Shown one piece after another: positions 11,533-26,578 of a stretch of DNA of 64,000 nt. A program made the translations under genes and the position numbers. The DNA is taken from NCBI RefSeq assembly GCF_000143415.4, contig NW_003314287.1, forward strand, positions 1,909,896 to 1,973,895. The letters are read 5' to 3'. The stretch's first letter is position 1; each line of letters begins with the position of its first letter. The notes beneath the pieces were generated by a model. The model saw only the letters and a list, made by a program, of their open reading frames with translations. It was not told where the DNA came from and did no database searches. This stretch comes from Selaginella moellendorffii (Eukaryota; Plantae; Lycopodiophyta).

Positions 11533-14500
11533 GGTGTTGAGTTAAATTTTTAATTTTATCTTTGTAAAAATTAATTGCAGTGACATCATGCCAATTGTGA
11601 CTTTGAGCTTTCTCCCCCTTGCTTTATACTTCTTTATATTTCTTCCATTGTTCCTTTTGTCTTTTCACTTTTATCTTTTCTTCCATTACTTCTTATTGTG
11701 TTTCCATTTTACTTTTCAATTCCTTCTCTAAATCCCCTTTAATAGTCTTTGTGTTGTAGTGGTTGATCGAGTAAAAAAAAAGTATATTGATCTCTTCAAA
11801 TTTAACCTATCATCTTGAGCCAAGATTGTAATACATTATTTTATTCCAATTGGGGATTCTCATCTAATCAAGCTTCCTATCCAATGTTGATCACCAAAGG
11901 ATATTAAAATTTTATGCACAAACATCAAAGATATGTTAGAGAAGGGTGTTATTCAAAAGTTTTAGTGTTTTTAAGTATGTGAATCTTATCTTGTGATGAA
12001 GTCTAATGGGAGTATTTACTTTTGCATCAACTATCATCTATTAAATGAAGTGACTATTTTAAATGTGTACCTTTTTCCTCATACTATTGATCTTCTAGAT
12101 TATCTAGGGAGAAGTTATTGATTCACCAAATTAGACTTTGGTTTTAGGTATTGGCAAATGTTATTATATGAGAACAATGTTCCCAAAATTGTTTTTTTAT
12201 ATATAATATAGTTTATATGAGTTCTTGGTGATGATATTTGGTTTGAACAATATTCAGGTGACTTTCCAGCAGATAATGGATAAAGTTCTTTACAATATGC
12301 TAAAGGTGACAATTGATTTTATTGATGATGTCTGATCCATTTAAAGGGGATATAAGAGGACACATCCATGATATTTGTAAAATATTAGATCAACTGCAGG
12401 AAGTTAATTGAAAACTAAATCTGTCAAAATGCGTGTTTGGATCCAAAAATATAATTTATCTTGGGTATTATATTTATTGTGAGGGTTTGCAAATTGATCA
12501 TAATAAGCTTGTAGCTAAAGTTTCTTATTCAAAGTTTGCGAATGATGTGCAACACTTCCTAAGCAAGATGCAACATTTCAGTCATTTTATTGATTATCTT
12601 TTTTATCATATTATACTATTGTGAGTGTTGTTGAAGTCATTAATATTATCTTTCATTTAGTCAAATGATTATGAATGGGCATTCACGGATCTCAAAGAAA
12701 TGTTAATGACTCTTCCAATTTTGGCGTAACTTAACTACATTTGACTGTTCATCTTACATGTGGATGCTTTGATATCGGTCTCATAAATGTCTTGATATAA
12801 GAGAGTACAAGTGTGCATGATCAGTATCATCCCATTATATACATCAGTAGTATATTACAATTAGCATAGGTAAATTACTCCATGATAGAAGAGTGTTTAG
12901 TAGTAGTTTAGGGTTTTGAGAAGCTTCATATATATTTGCATGGTTTTCAAACATTATTAAAAAGTGATCATGCTACAATTACTTCATTATTGAAGTAGAA
13001 GAATTTGGTTAATTTTATTGCTCAATGGGCTTTGAAGCTTTAGATATATAATTTCAAAGTTGTTAATTGCCTAGGGAGTTTTATAATTAATATTGATGCC
13101 CTTTCTTGAATTTTTCTCCTTTTTTTACTCTCTTTTTTTATTCTTTACGAGCTTGTTATTTTAACATCTATGGATTTTGTAAACAAAAATTCTGTGCCGT
13201 CAAAGGTTGTTGTATTTGATGTTCAATATCCATAAAGTGCAGAACAAGATTTACCTTCTTTTAACGAGGTTCATAATGTTTAAAATGTTGAGTTGTGGAT
13301 CTAAAGGCTTTGTAATGGGTTCAAAAATCTTACATTACTTACTAATAACTTATCATTTTGGCATTTGGCATTTGGGGAGAGGTCTTAATAATCATTTACG
13401 GTTGGTGGTGCATTTGATATTTATTTTGCACTTTCTCCATATTTATTATTATTCTTCTATTTTAAATAGGCATATAAGATATTGTCATATAAATGAGAAG
13501 TTATATAAGTCTTTTTATTGGTCGGAGATGTGATATGATGTTATCTAATATGTATGTAACTGCATTTAATGTTAAACTTGTAATACTTCCCCTTATGCTA
13601 TAAAAAGACAATTAGAGTCAATTACAATTTCCCATTCATTTGAGTTGATAGCATGTGATATAATAGAGCTTCTAACATGGTTAATTGCTAATAATAAGTA
13701 TGTCATTATTACTTTTGACTATTTAACTCGTTAAGTGGAAGTTGGTGCTCTTGTTAATGCATCTACAATTACTATTGAATACTTTCTCCTCTAATATTCT
13801 TATCTAAAGTGGATTCTCTTGAATAATGGTCTTACATTAATAGCTAAGGCATTTTATGTTTTAACATTTTAGTTGGGTATACATCACACTTTTACAAGTG
13901 CTTTTCATCCAAAGATGAATGGTTTGCTAAAATAAATTATTCAGAACTTAAATGATTGTAAAGTACATGAAATTTTTGCATTTCATTTAGGATAGTTATT
14001 TTCCTTTTCTTTGATATGCATATGTTATAGGGGTACAGAGTTCCATCAGTGCTTCACTATATAAATTCTTATATGGTTATGATCTAATATTATCAATAGA
14101 ATTGAGTTTACTTATATGATTGCTATGAGCTATTAATGATAAGTTTAAGAATCAATATTTGATAAGTATTTTTCCACTAGTTCAAGTGAAGTTTATTGAA
14201 CATTTGGGTTGTGTACAAGTGGGATAACAACACTACAACTCTCATTATCATCTACTTACAAAATATAAAGTGGATGATTTAGTGTTAATTTGTTTTCCCA
14301 TTTTTACAGTATGTGGTTTAGGTGTTGCAATAAGTTAGACCACTAAGTTTATAAAATTTAATATAACATTCAATTGGCTAGAAATTATACATTTATAATA
14401 ATTAAAGTATTTTGTATAAAGGGATCAAAAATAACTACCTATAGATAATCTTCCTCGAAACCCTAGCCTAACAACTAAAGAAACTTGATTGCCTTCCATC

Positions 14501-14672
14501 CTTCCGAGAGGGAATGATATGAGGTCTAAATGTATAATTACAATGCCATATATTAATATTAGTATAGTAGAATTTTAGTAGCAATTGGATTAGTTTTAAT
14601 CCTGAAAACTCACTTCTGTATATAAGTTAAAGTTTTGGGATTAATCATATTTCTATATTCTATACACTCATA
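11533..14672 (+). mobile_element. Heavily C>T-degraded Ty3/gypsy copy (same family as 1665-10898), 5' part deleted; 3' LTR 14518-14672
   Basis: FTKLDFGFRYWQM RT remnant at ~12121; collinear with 31718-32185 and 43183-45633; LTR is the reverse complement of 1665-1840. Confidence 0.85.
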
Positions 14673-15169
14673 ATAGTAGTTTTATTATAGACTTATTTGC
14701 ATGATACCTGGTCATTGGGAATGAGAATATTCATCTCATACATTCTATGGGCATGATAGCACCACAGGATTAGGTAGTGCTAGAGCTCCAACACTAGAAT
14801 CTTAAGTATTTTCTTTAGAGAGCTAGGTTTTTTGATATTTTGCTGGACTGGATTGGTGATTGTCGGCTCCTTGGAATGCAAGTAGAGGCTACTCAGTGTT
14901 GCCTTTTCGGCTGATCCATCTCAGGTTTGTTGGACTTCTTTTTTGGATAAAAAGGCTCCTTGTTTCATTGTCTTTGTCCCAGGAAGTAGATCGATTGAAT
15001 CATATGTGGGGAATTATGTTCTTTGTCGGTACTTAACTTTTTGTTTTAAGAACCTTTCTAGCTTGTCTTCTCGTTTTCTATATGTAAGGTGTTTTCAAGT
15101 ACTTGGAATACATCTTAAACCAGACTAGGGCCTCAATATCTTAATTGTTCCCATGGGTAAAGATTTCTC

Positions 15170-15975
15170 CCATTCTTCGTTCAAGTATCTAGACAAATTC
15201 CATGTCAAGCTTTGCAGCATTAGTTTGCTCCTCTGCACTTTCTACCGTGGCAGCACTTTACCAAGGTCTTTAGGATACCACAATATTTTTAACGTGTTTG
15301 TTTACTTGCGCTCGGATTTCGTCTGCTGGTCCAGTCTACTTTAAATTTGGCCTAGTTGCTTTGAGAATTCTTATAGGTTTTAAGACTGATCTGGAACGGT
15401 AAAGCTTGTTTATCATAAAGTGAACGTAGTGCTCAAGTATCTCGATTACAGGTGAAGATAGGCGATCAGAATATCAAAGATGTTAGCCTCGGTCTTTAAT
15501 TGGGTATTGGAGTAGTACCGCAAACTGCTAACCACTTATGGTTACCTCAGATTGTTTTTAACACGAAACAAGCTGCCATTCATGAGTCAATTCTCAAGTT
15601 TCCAAAGCAATACGAAACCATGGTTTGGCGAGAGGGAACTAAAGATATTCAAAGCTCTTTACTTCCGTCTAGCTTTGCAGCTGAGTGGAGGATAGATAGC
15701 GCTGGCAAGAGCATTCCTCAAATCCTCTTGTAAGCCAGTTGTGTTGTTCCCTTGAACGTTTCACGACGCGTTTTCTTATCAGGTTGTGTGAAGCAACGAA
15801 TTCTCTAGATTCCACCACCGAGGAAGAAATTCTATCGTCTCTCAGGTCACTTGCGGCCGCCATATTCATTGCTCACCGTCTCACAACAGCACTGAACTGC
15901 GACGAGGTATACGTTTCTGTTAGCTTTGCAAGAGCTGGGCGGTATGCTCAGCTCTGGGCGCAACAGAAAAGCTTG
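15170..15975 (+). pseudogene. ABCB/ATM3-like mitochondrial ABC transporter pseudogene, 3' half (NBD exons)
   Basis: VKIGDQNIKDVSL..IGVVPQ; AAIHESILKFPKQYETMV; CEATNSLDSTTEEEILSSL; IFIAHRLTTALNCDE; [10 protein letters not shown]. Frameshifts and deletions. Confidence 0.85.
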
Positions 15976-16009
15976 GATTATGGTCCATCGCTGAGCTCTT
16001 CGCCAGATT

Positions 16010-16327
16010 ATATGACCCTTACTACAACCAATCACTCAGGAGCCAGTGTCCCAGCAGTGGTGGTGACTCAAACCTTTCTCCTCTAGATTTGCAAACTCCA
16101 GTGGTGTTTGACAACAAGTACTACAAGAACTTGATAAATTTCAGTGGATTGTTCCACTCTGACCAGACACTGTGGAGTGGTGGTGATTGGACAGTTGCGT
16201 AGCTGGTGCACACTTATGCCATGGATCAAGTGCGATTTTTCCAGGACTGTGCGACTGGAATGATCAATATGGGGAACCTCAAGCCGCTCTTGGCTCCAAT
16301 CGTAAATACTGTCGCAAAGTGAACTAG
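16010..16327 (+). pseudogene. Class III peroxidase last-exon fragment
   Basis: [39 protein letters not shown]..(internal TAG)..GMINMGNL..CRKVN*. No upstream exons. Confidence 0.88.
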
Positions 16328-16393
16328 ATTTTTTCAATATATAAAAGTTATCTCTTGGTTCGAAGGTGTTTATCAAGTATACTTCTTCTCATG

Positions 16394-17495
<1,102 letters not shown>

Positions 17496-18645
17496 TTAGC
17501 TTCACTCGAAATGCCTGGCCTTTGAAACGTTTGGAAGGGTTGCATTTATAGATAAAGCCTCGCCGTATTGAGCACGGGTGCCACGGTGGTGAATGATATT
17601 AAACACAACTCGAGCCGGTGTATTTTGACAAGCTTTTTTGTTTTGTTATGGAATAAGTCGTAACCATTTCATGTGGTGAAAGTCGGCGATGGCACACAAG
17701 TTCAAACCTTTCACCCTCGAAAGAACCATATCTCACAACCTCCAAATATCACATGAGATGATCAAGCTTGTCATGACGCAAAAAAAAGTCAAGTACCACT
17801 CAAATGCATCCTGTGACTTTGGACAAGTTTTTCTTGGTGGAGTATTTTCACTCCCTTTCTGCCACCAAAGCATGCCTGTTACAATTTTTCTTTGCTGGCT
17901 AATGACTCCACAGCCCAAAAACCTTGTGAATAAGACATTAGAACTTTCGAGGAGAAAGCCTCCTTCTCCTAAGTGCATTCTGCAATTAGTAAATGAGAAA
18001 GAGTTTGCCAGAAAAACACTTAGATCCTCTTTATTATCTTCACCTAAAGAGGAAGTACTAAAATTAATAGAAAAATATAATACTTCATTTAGATATTTTC
18101 TTATAATTTATTTCTACATTATTTAAAATATCATAAAATTCTTATAAAAAGATATATAAGAGAAAATTGATTTTTCATATTAAATCCCAACAAAAAATAA
18201 TAATATTTTAGAACTTAATGCAGATTTAAAATAAAATTTAACATATATTTAATAACAATTTATCTTTTTTTGTTATTGTAACTAGTGTAACTATTATTAT
18301 ATTATATAAATGTGCCTATTTTTAAAATATATATAAAGTAAATTATTATTACTGTAAATATATAATACAAATATTTAATCCTTTTTTTCTGTATAAAATT
18401 ACATTTTTATAATATTATTATTAAAACTACTAATAAAAACTAGTTAAAATAATAATCAAAGATAAAAAACTATAGATATACTATCAATTTTTGATTACTT
18501 TGTTACAAGGGTTACATCTAGATACAATGTCAACCACACTCTAATAAGGACTTCATACTCCCCTTCAATTTTGTCAATTTAAAAATTAAAAGCATATAAA
18601 AGATTCTAATTATACCAATAATATGATCTTGGATGATTTTTCATT

Positions 18646-19530
18646 TGTATCACATATGATTTTCACCCTTGATCCTATGGTGATTTATTATAAGATAACT
18701 ATAAAAAAAAATCTATCCCAAAGCCCTAACCACTAAATGAAGGAACGGAGTTAAACTCTTAATTATACAACTAAGGGATGAAGGAATTAAAGTATGAAAT
18801 AACTCTTGAGTGTATAACTTAAGGAACGGTTGGTCGACGAAAAACCCTGCTGCCTGGTGCAAAAGCACAGAAATATAAAGTGATATTAAAATAGTCCTAA
18901 TGCATCCACCATCCCAATGCTAGGACTAACATGCAAAACAAAAGTTTAATATTATTTCAGCATATTGGTGGTATAATGCGAAGATATAAATACTCCACCA
19001 CCCATCTATATGAAAGCACACTTTGGGCTTTTACTCTAATCCTAGGAACAAAAACTTACTATATATGAAATAAGATTAAATTACAAATCTGGATATGGGA
19101 ATAATACTATTATGTTCATGATAATTTCTACATTCTACAAATATAACTTACTTGCTAATTTAGACACTTTCGAACGAAACTAACATATGGGAAATAATAG
19201 GCTGTCTTAGTAGATATAGTAAGCTATTCTGTAAAGAATATTGAGAGACCACGCTCAATATCATAAAGGTTTCCAACACTAGCAAGTGCAAACCAATATA
19301 TAAATTTTTTATACTAGGCTAAGTATATTCAACAAGTAACATATAGGAGTTCCTACCTTATGTTTATTTGGCATAAGTACATACATGAGGACTAATTTCT
19401 CCACTAGCTTGGGCAGAGATTGAATAAAGATCTAACAACATTGATCTTTTACCGTTGTGGTAGTTAAAAAGAATATCCAAAAAGACTTATTGATATATAA
19501 ATTTCGATACCCACAATCACATTTACAACA
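18646..19530 (-). mobile_element. Solo LTR (~0.9 kb) of the family also at 41815-43177, 49470-50400 and 62457-63564
   Basis: TGTATCAC...TTTACAACA termini with TSD TCATT (18641-18645, 19531-19535). Confidence 0.75.
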
Positions 19531-19847
19531 TCATTATAACAATTGTCAAGACTATAGGCTAAGAACACAAATCTAAGATGCAAGATAAGAGAAAGCTAGC
19601 AAGAGAACACTAAGAGATCAGCCCATGACTAGTGTTGATTCAATTCAAGAGTTTGTGTGAAATTTTTATAGTAAGCTACCATCTATAAATATAGTGTATG
19701 CTATTTCTAGCTAGCACACTTACAAATGACTAAGTCCAGAATATATGTTTAGGCTATCATGAGTGTAGCTTATTTCCTAAGCCTAACATGCCACTTGAGT
19801 CTAGTTTGCCTTTTGAGCCTGGCTTGTTGTCAAGTTGATATTCACTA

Positions 19848-20957
19848 AGTAGAAAGATTAGACTCAAATTCAAGTCACACTCTTGCTTTATCTACTCAGA
19901 AGCTTAATTGCAAGAAATTGCAAGAAAAACATATCAAATTGAATGTAGTAGTCACCTTTCACATCAACAGTGAAAAATGACATTGGAAACTTGACCATAA
20001 AGCACCTAAATTCTGCATAGTTGTGCAAATTAGATCTCCAATGCACCCTTGCCACTTTCCCTAGTTACAAATGAAAAATTATCAATAGGCCACACAATCT
20101 TCACCCCAATTGCCACCAAGTAGAGATCCAAAACCTCCACTAAAACTTTCCAATGGCTCATTCTTGTATGCCACCTCTAACACTTTAACACTACATATAT
20201 TGTCTATGCAAGCTACAACCTAGAGAAGAAGCAAGTGAGATGGTCTAAAGGTGAGACACTCTAACACCTATTATTTAATAGAGGCACCCAATGCCTAGGA
20301 TCTAGATGATGTGAAAGATGATGAAGAACTTTAGTGTTGTTGGAGACTATTGATAAATCCTTATAAGCCAAAACCAATGTACTCTAGCCTTCAACTCAAG
20401 TTGCAACTATATATCCAAATGTCATTCACCATCCAAGAAATGATCTTGACTACCTTCTAAATCTTGCTTAGGAGTTTGGCTCCAAGAAAGTGGGGATTAC
20501 TTGCATATTATAGTTTATGGTTGCCTTATGGTTTCAATCAAAGAGGAGATCTTTTATCAATTATGGGTCTTTGAGACTGTCAAAGACTTGGAGTTGTAGA
20601 ATTTACTCATTGCAGTTGAGGTCTGAGCAATGAAATGTTGTAGGGAGCAATTGTTTGCTTCAAGTATTAAAGAGAGATCTAATAAAATCTCATTTTTAAA
20701 GACTTGGTGCACACCTTGTAGAAGACCCTCACCACAATATCTAGAGAAGATTAATCAAAAGTGAGCTTCATCATGGGAAAATTGTCAAGAATGGTTGATT
20801 GGCATTTGTAATTGGCTCTCCTTGACAATATTCTTCTCTTAGGAGACTTAAGCCCAATTCACAAGATCATTACATATTGGTTCAAGTATCAAAATTTACA
20901 TACAGGTTATCCAAATGGTTGGAATGAAATAAGGTTCATAGGGATTCACAAAGGTGG
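19848..20957 (-). pseudogene. Old degenerate copy of the Uma2-like gene plus part of its upstream region
   Basis: Collinear with 26600-27590 (e.g. GGCTCATTCTTGTATGCCACCTCTAACAC = VLEVAYKNEP; ACAGGTTATCCAAATGGTTGG); CpG-depleted with indels. Confidence 0.8.
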
Positions 20958-21831
20958 TTTAAAGTTGAGTTGAGTTTACAAGTTAATACTAAACAATATA
21001 ATTAACCATAAGACTTATAAAGAAAAAACATGTTAGAAAAATATTAGTTCTTAATGAACTTGAAATTCATGAATTTAGTTTTTTACTAGTTCAGAAAAAA
21101 TTATATTTTCTAATACTATGTATGGAGAAAACACTTTTTCTAATACCATCCATATGATAGAACTCAATTTGTACTATTTATGTAGTTTAAAGTTCATTTG
21201 AACATACTTTGCTATTTTTTGCATTTACAATATTCTAATTATCTTCTTTTAAATATATTGTAAAGATAGTGGGTAGGAATGATTGATCAACTTTAGATAT
21301 TGTTTGGCATGTTTATAATTGTTTTGGGTTCGATTTAAATTTTAGCCCAAACTCTATACCATATTAGCACCCATATCTTTGCATTAGACCATCAGTATGG
21401 TAAAGTAGCACTAAATTTCATTTAACTCCATTTTGCATGCTAATATTAGTATTAGGATGTTGGATGCTCTAAAATTATTTTAATGTCACTCTATACTCTT
21501 ATCTTTTTACTCTTTAACTATACACTAAAAAATTGCTTCATGCTCTTATCCCTTCATTACTTAGTTGTATATTTAAAAGTTTGGCTTCATCCCTTCATTC
21601 AATGGCTTAAAGCTTTGAAACTTGTGTCTTGATTTATTGCCATTGACACATATATTCAAGGGTTAGATTTTGCTCTAGGACTTTGATGGAGGTTATGAAG
21701 AAGTCCAGGATCAAAAATCACATTTTGAGAAGGCGTGAGTATGTTGGTTGATGAGTGTCTAAGATTGCATAGTAAGTATATATAGTATTATATAATAAAT
21801 CATTATAGGGTAAAGTATGAAAACTATATTC

Positions 21832-22320
21832 TAAGATACATTTGCTTTATAGTATATATGGTTTTCACCTTTTACCCATGGTAAATCATCATGGGATAAA
21901 GGGTGAAAACCATATATATTACATTTAGCTATTTTATCTTTATTTATCCCTTAAAATTTAAATTTCATCCCATAATCATATGTGTTATATTCACCCCCTA
22001 AGAGATATCACTATCCACCACTATTTCCACACTGAATCAATCTTTCTACTGTATAGATTAATTATTTTATATAAGGCAACTAATCATCCACCCCTTAGAG
22101 TGAAACTTATGTCATTAGCTCTAATACTATATATAGCACACTTTATCTCTCTCTCTCTAAACCAACAAGGAAAAGAATAATTTCTTGCTTTAATAACTAT
22201 TTTATCCCTTTTTATCGCTTAAGGTTTTAAGGATTGAAGGTGACAATATATTTAAATCTCATTCCATGATCACATGTGGTATAGCAAGTAGGCTATCAAA
22301 TATTGGAGTTAATATTCCTT
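21832..22320. repeat. ~480-bp composite repeat (75-bp palindrome plus inverted TRIM LTR pieces), duplicated locally at 23695-24180
   Basis: 22132-22282 is the reverse complement of the 162-bp TRIM LTR; both copies share the same right flank (GCAAGTARG..ATCAAATATT). Confidence 0.7.
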
Positions 22321-24186
22321 TGAGGCATAGAAGGAGAAGATAGAGTCTATATGAGGTATGTCTATTAGGTTTAATGCATGCTATAAAGTAAATTTAAAAG
22401 ACTTTGGTATTTATATAGTCTTTTAAGATATTATATAAATGAATGAAAAGGAAATTGATTCTATTTGCCCAAAAATTGGCAACTATAATTGAAAAGGTGG
22501 TTTATGACACATCTATGGAGTACACTCCCTAGGCTTCTATTGATGACATGAAAAATTGTTTGCTCAAAATATTGTATTTTCTTTGCTAGTGATAATATTC
22601 ATATAGACCTTAGAGCCAAAAACTTCCACATATTTAATATGTTACATACTATTCTACTTTAACATACTGGACCAAAATAAGCCACCTTAGTGTCTTATGC
22701 AAAAAACATATTACAATGTATTAAAATCACTTACTATAATGTAAAGCCAAGGCAATAGGCAATCTATTAAGTGCCTAGGCTTAGATTTGTGGTGACAAAT
22801 TTTCTTGTAGTCAAACTCTATATTTCCATGGGGAATGCAAGCAAGCAAAATTTTTAAGATGGTATTTTCTGTATTATTGCAATATAAATATCAATTATAC
22901 AAAGTAGGTTGAGAACACTATAGTGATGAAACTCGATACAATACTTAAAGAATAGTCAATTATTAATGGGGTCAAGATGAATTGAAAAACTAGAGGAGAA
23001 GAGTTAAAGATAGGAGCCACAAAGATGTACATAAGGCTCAAGAAAAGGTAAAGTAGTTAAATTTGTTAGTTCCAACTTCAAGTAGAACTAGAAATTTTTT
23101 GGTTCTGATCTTCAAGTAAAACTAGGGTAATATAAGCTCAGCTCAAACCTTAAGTATGAGGATATAGAACATCACTATATTTATGAAGGAGTGCACTAAT
23201 ATAACAAAAAGTAAAGAGTTTATAATTGCAATTTAAAGCATTCTCTTTGCACATGTCTAGACTTTATGAACTTAAGGAATATAGGAAAGTATATGCTCCT
23301 TGTAAACACATATATTACATCTTCATAAACACCTTGCACTAAACTCCTAAAATATATACACCAAGCAAGCTTTATTATTTATAGGTTGTAGAAGACTTTT
23401 GGAGCTAATTAAATTTGTTAAGACTATTAATATTTATTCATATAAACATTTATACTTTATATAGATATTTATTTCATTTTTTCTGCTATTAAATCTTGTT
23501 TAATTTTAAGTTCTAACGGACCCACTTATAACAATATATAGTACATGTATTAATCTTTGGCAAATAGTTTTCACTAAAAGTTTCTTATTTATATAAACTG
23601 TAAACAATTATTAAAGCATGACAAGTTTACCATGAATCTTAATTTTTTTTAAATTAAATTTTTTTGTTGAAAACTAAACTTGAAAATTGAGCTTAGATAT
23701 ATTTGTTTTAATACTAAATATAGTATATGTGGTTTTCACCTTTTACCCTATGGTAAATCATCATAGAATAAAGGGTGAAAACTATAAATGTTACATTTGG
23801 CTATTTTATCCTCATTTATCCCTTAAAATTCAAATTTTATCCCATGATTATATATTTTATATTCACCCCCTGAGAGATATCATTGTCCACCACTATTTCC
23901 ACATTGATTATACCAATATTTCTATTATATAGATTAATTATTCTATATAACGCAACCCATAGTATAATTTCATAGTGAAACTTATGTCATTAGCTATAAT
24001 ACTATATATACCACACTTTTATCTCTCTCCCTTTGAGCTAACTGATAAAAGAATATTTAATAGCTATTTTATCCCATTTTATTTCTCAAGGTTTTAAAGA
24101 TTTAATAATATATTCAAATTTCATCCCATGATCATATGTGCTATAGCAAGTAAGATATCAAATATTAAAGTTGGCATTCCATATTA

Positions 24187-24530
24187 GTCAACATGTGCTC
24201 AACCTATGCTCCACTATGCCAACCATAGGTCCCCTGGGTGCAGATCTACATGTAATTCTTGTAGGAAAACATTAGGCCAAGGACATCTATGAATTTTTAT
24301 AAATCCTTAGTCGTTGATGCCTTGCTCATGAGCACACTGCAGCTGAGTTGGAAGTGAAACAAGGATGACAACACTTCTCACTGTGACGGCTATGTGAAGA
24401 TCATGCTGAGGTTTCAACCCAAGAGGCATCACAAGGGGCAACAGGCAGATCAGTGAAAAAAATGGCTCATGAGATCAGCAAAACAGCTTACTATAATCTG
24501 TCGGTCTTGGTGGGCACTGCAAGACCCTGT
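24187..24530 (+). mobile_element. 3' remnant of the RTEX-like LINE (unit A copy)
   Basis: Aligns to 54012-54352. Confidence 0.75.
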
Positions 24531-24532
24531 AA

Positions 24533-25372
24533 GATGCTCCTGCTTGAGGAAGACCATAACTGATAAGCACAGAGACTGGAGCAACATAAGCCGTAGAAGC
24601 CAGAGTCACTTCTTGTGACACTCCCGTTGCAGCAACCAAACCATCCACTGCATGCTTGAACAGAAATGGAACTGTACTTTCAGAACCTGCACATACGCAT
24701 ACAAGCAAAAGAAGATGAGAGCTATCTATCCATCTATATTCTGTTTTGGCAGTTTGGCGGTGCCCAACAAGAAGCATGAGACTGCAAGCAAGTTTGCAAG
24801 TTTGTTGTGGAGGTCTTCTCACTCCCTCCATTCCACGCTCACGGTTACATAGGAAGAACGAAAAATGATACTACCAATTAAAAGAGCCAGCGAGACAACG
24901 ACTCTCCTGCGAAACTAGTAAAACAGCAGCTCTTCGAAAGTTGTAGACTTTACCTTGCTCTTGGTCTTCCTAGCTCTTCTTGGTTTCAGTGGACTGGGAG
25001 TTCTTGGCCTCTCTTTGTTCCATAGCTTCTCTTTGCAATAATCTTGGTTAATTCTTTCGCTCCTTGTCCCTTTTTGCTCTGTCATGCTCCTTGCTAAGTC
25101 GGATGTGAAGAGTGTATCTTGTGGCGTGGGTAGACAAGGTTTGATACAGCCTGAGATTTGGATCGAGGGACTCCCAGGTCATCCTTTTAGGAAAGATAGA
25201 GAAACAAGAGCGTACAAAGTGGCACACCAGATGTGACGATCTAGAAGGCAATCCAGAGAATAATCCACCATGAGCATCAGAATGCCGGTTCATATGCTGA
25301 AAGCTTTGCACCTTCTGTGATCGATTCTGCACGAGTTGGATTGATGGAAACCCGATCGCAGGCGAGCGCCAT
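24533..25372 (-). pseudogene. ATM3-like transporter pseudogene, first exons (unit A)
   Basis: FRRRVVVSLALLIG; VPFLFKHAVD...SVLISYGL...GAS; putative ATG at 25372. Confidence 0.75.
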
Positions 25373-25446
25373 TGCACCCATCGGTCTGCCAACGTGGAAA
25401 TACGTGGCGCGCGACTAGCAACGTGGAAGCTTTGCTGGCGGCCAGA

Positions 25447-26431
25447 TCAACCGTCCATGGAGAATACACACTTGATGCAAGAACCGGACGAGAGAAGCTT
25501 CACTCCTTCGTTTACTTCTGAGAATGGTAGCCTGTGAGTGATGTATCCGTCGAGATTGATTTCCTGGACGATCCACGAAAACTTAGAATTCTTCCAGCTT
25601 GATCAATCTAAACAAACCTTTGTGGAGCACATATCCACGAGCTTCTGCATGTCGGATTTGCCCCTGAATCCACCAAAGTATCCCGACTTGAGTTGGTGAC
25701 CCGAGAGGAGAATCGCGGCTGGGAATGTCACCATCTCATCAGGCCTGGGAGCTCCAACCATGACCGTTGTTCCATACTAAACAATCCAGTTAGCAAGCAC
25801 ACTGCTGGAAACTAGCAGAGCTTTTCACTCACGCTTGTGGTGCTAAGCAAAGCTTGTACCAACAGATGAGGCTTGCCGACGCATTCAAAGCGGTAGTCGA
25901 CTCCTCCATTCGTGAGCTCGAGAAGCACCTGAGAGAGAGTGAGAGAAACATGGGTGATAAAGACGAGAGTTAGAACACACAACCTCATGAAGCGGCGCTT
26001 CGTGGTCCTGTGGATTTCGGTCGCACCAAATGCTCTGGCTGCGCAGAAAAAACGCTTAGCACTTACGGGTCTTTGACGAGTAAAACACCAGCTGACCAGC
26101 TTCGAATTTTCGAGGTAAGATATCGATCCCAGTTATCCGAGTTGCACCGGCGATTCGAGCGCCCTCGACAGCCTGAAAACAAATGGTTTCGCTTCCAGAA
26201 CTTTAGGAAAAGCTATAGAGTACGTACTGCTAGCCCGACGGTTCCCAGTCCAATTACAGCAACCGTGGAGCCGGCTTCGACGCTTGCCAAGTTTAATGCG
26301 GATCCCAAGCCTGGAAACAACGATATCAGAGAAGGAATGCGCAAACAAGGAGGAACGTACCGGTCAGCCCAGAAGACAAGCTTTCTCCAGTGGAACCGGA
26401 TCAACTTTGACAACCGAGGTCTTGTCCAGCA
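25447..26431 (-). pseudogene. 5'-truncated alcohol dehydrogenase (end of exon 4 to exon 10)
   Basis: Near-identical to 55288-56288 but lacks exons 1-3 and most of exon 4; 10-bp deletion in exon 4 and 7-bp deletion in exon 7. Confidence 0.92.
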
Positions 26432-26578
26432 GGACTCCAATACTCTTAGATAATGATAAGCTCCTTTTCCTAGTTAGATCTGTTTGGTTTGTTCTTCATT
26501 TTCTCATGGTATCCCCGATAACTGCTAAGAGTTTTTTTTTGCCTGAATAAAAGCTCGATCTTTTTTTGGATTGAAATT

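Noticed and set aside
14673-14680. TSD for the + strand Ala-PBS gypsy (comparing the 30009 left flank with the 14672 right flank)
   Set aside because: Flanks do not match convincingly.
14700-16330. Helitron/Pack-MULE capture of ATM and peroxidase fragments
   Set aside because: No diagnostic termini or TSD; the complementary ATM halves are better explained by inversion plus deletion.
19543-19840. Additional solo LTR (TGTCAA...TTGATA)
   Set aside because: No TSD and no second copy in the window.
20958-23152. Possible DNA transposon with TIR-like ends (GTTGAGTTGAGTTTA / TAAGCTCAGCTCAAAC) interrupting the old Uma2 module
   Set aside because: Too degraded; no TSD or transposase motif could be verified.
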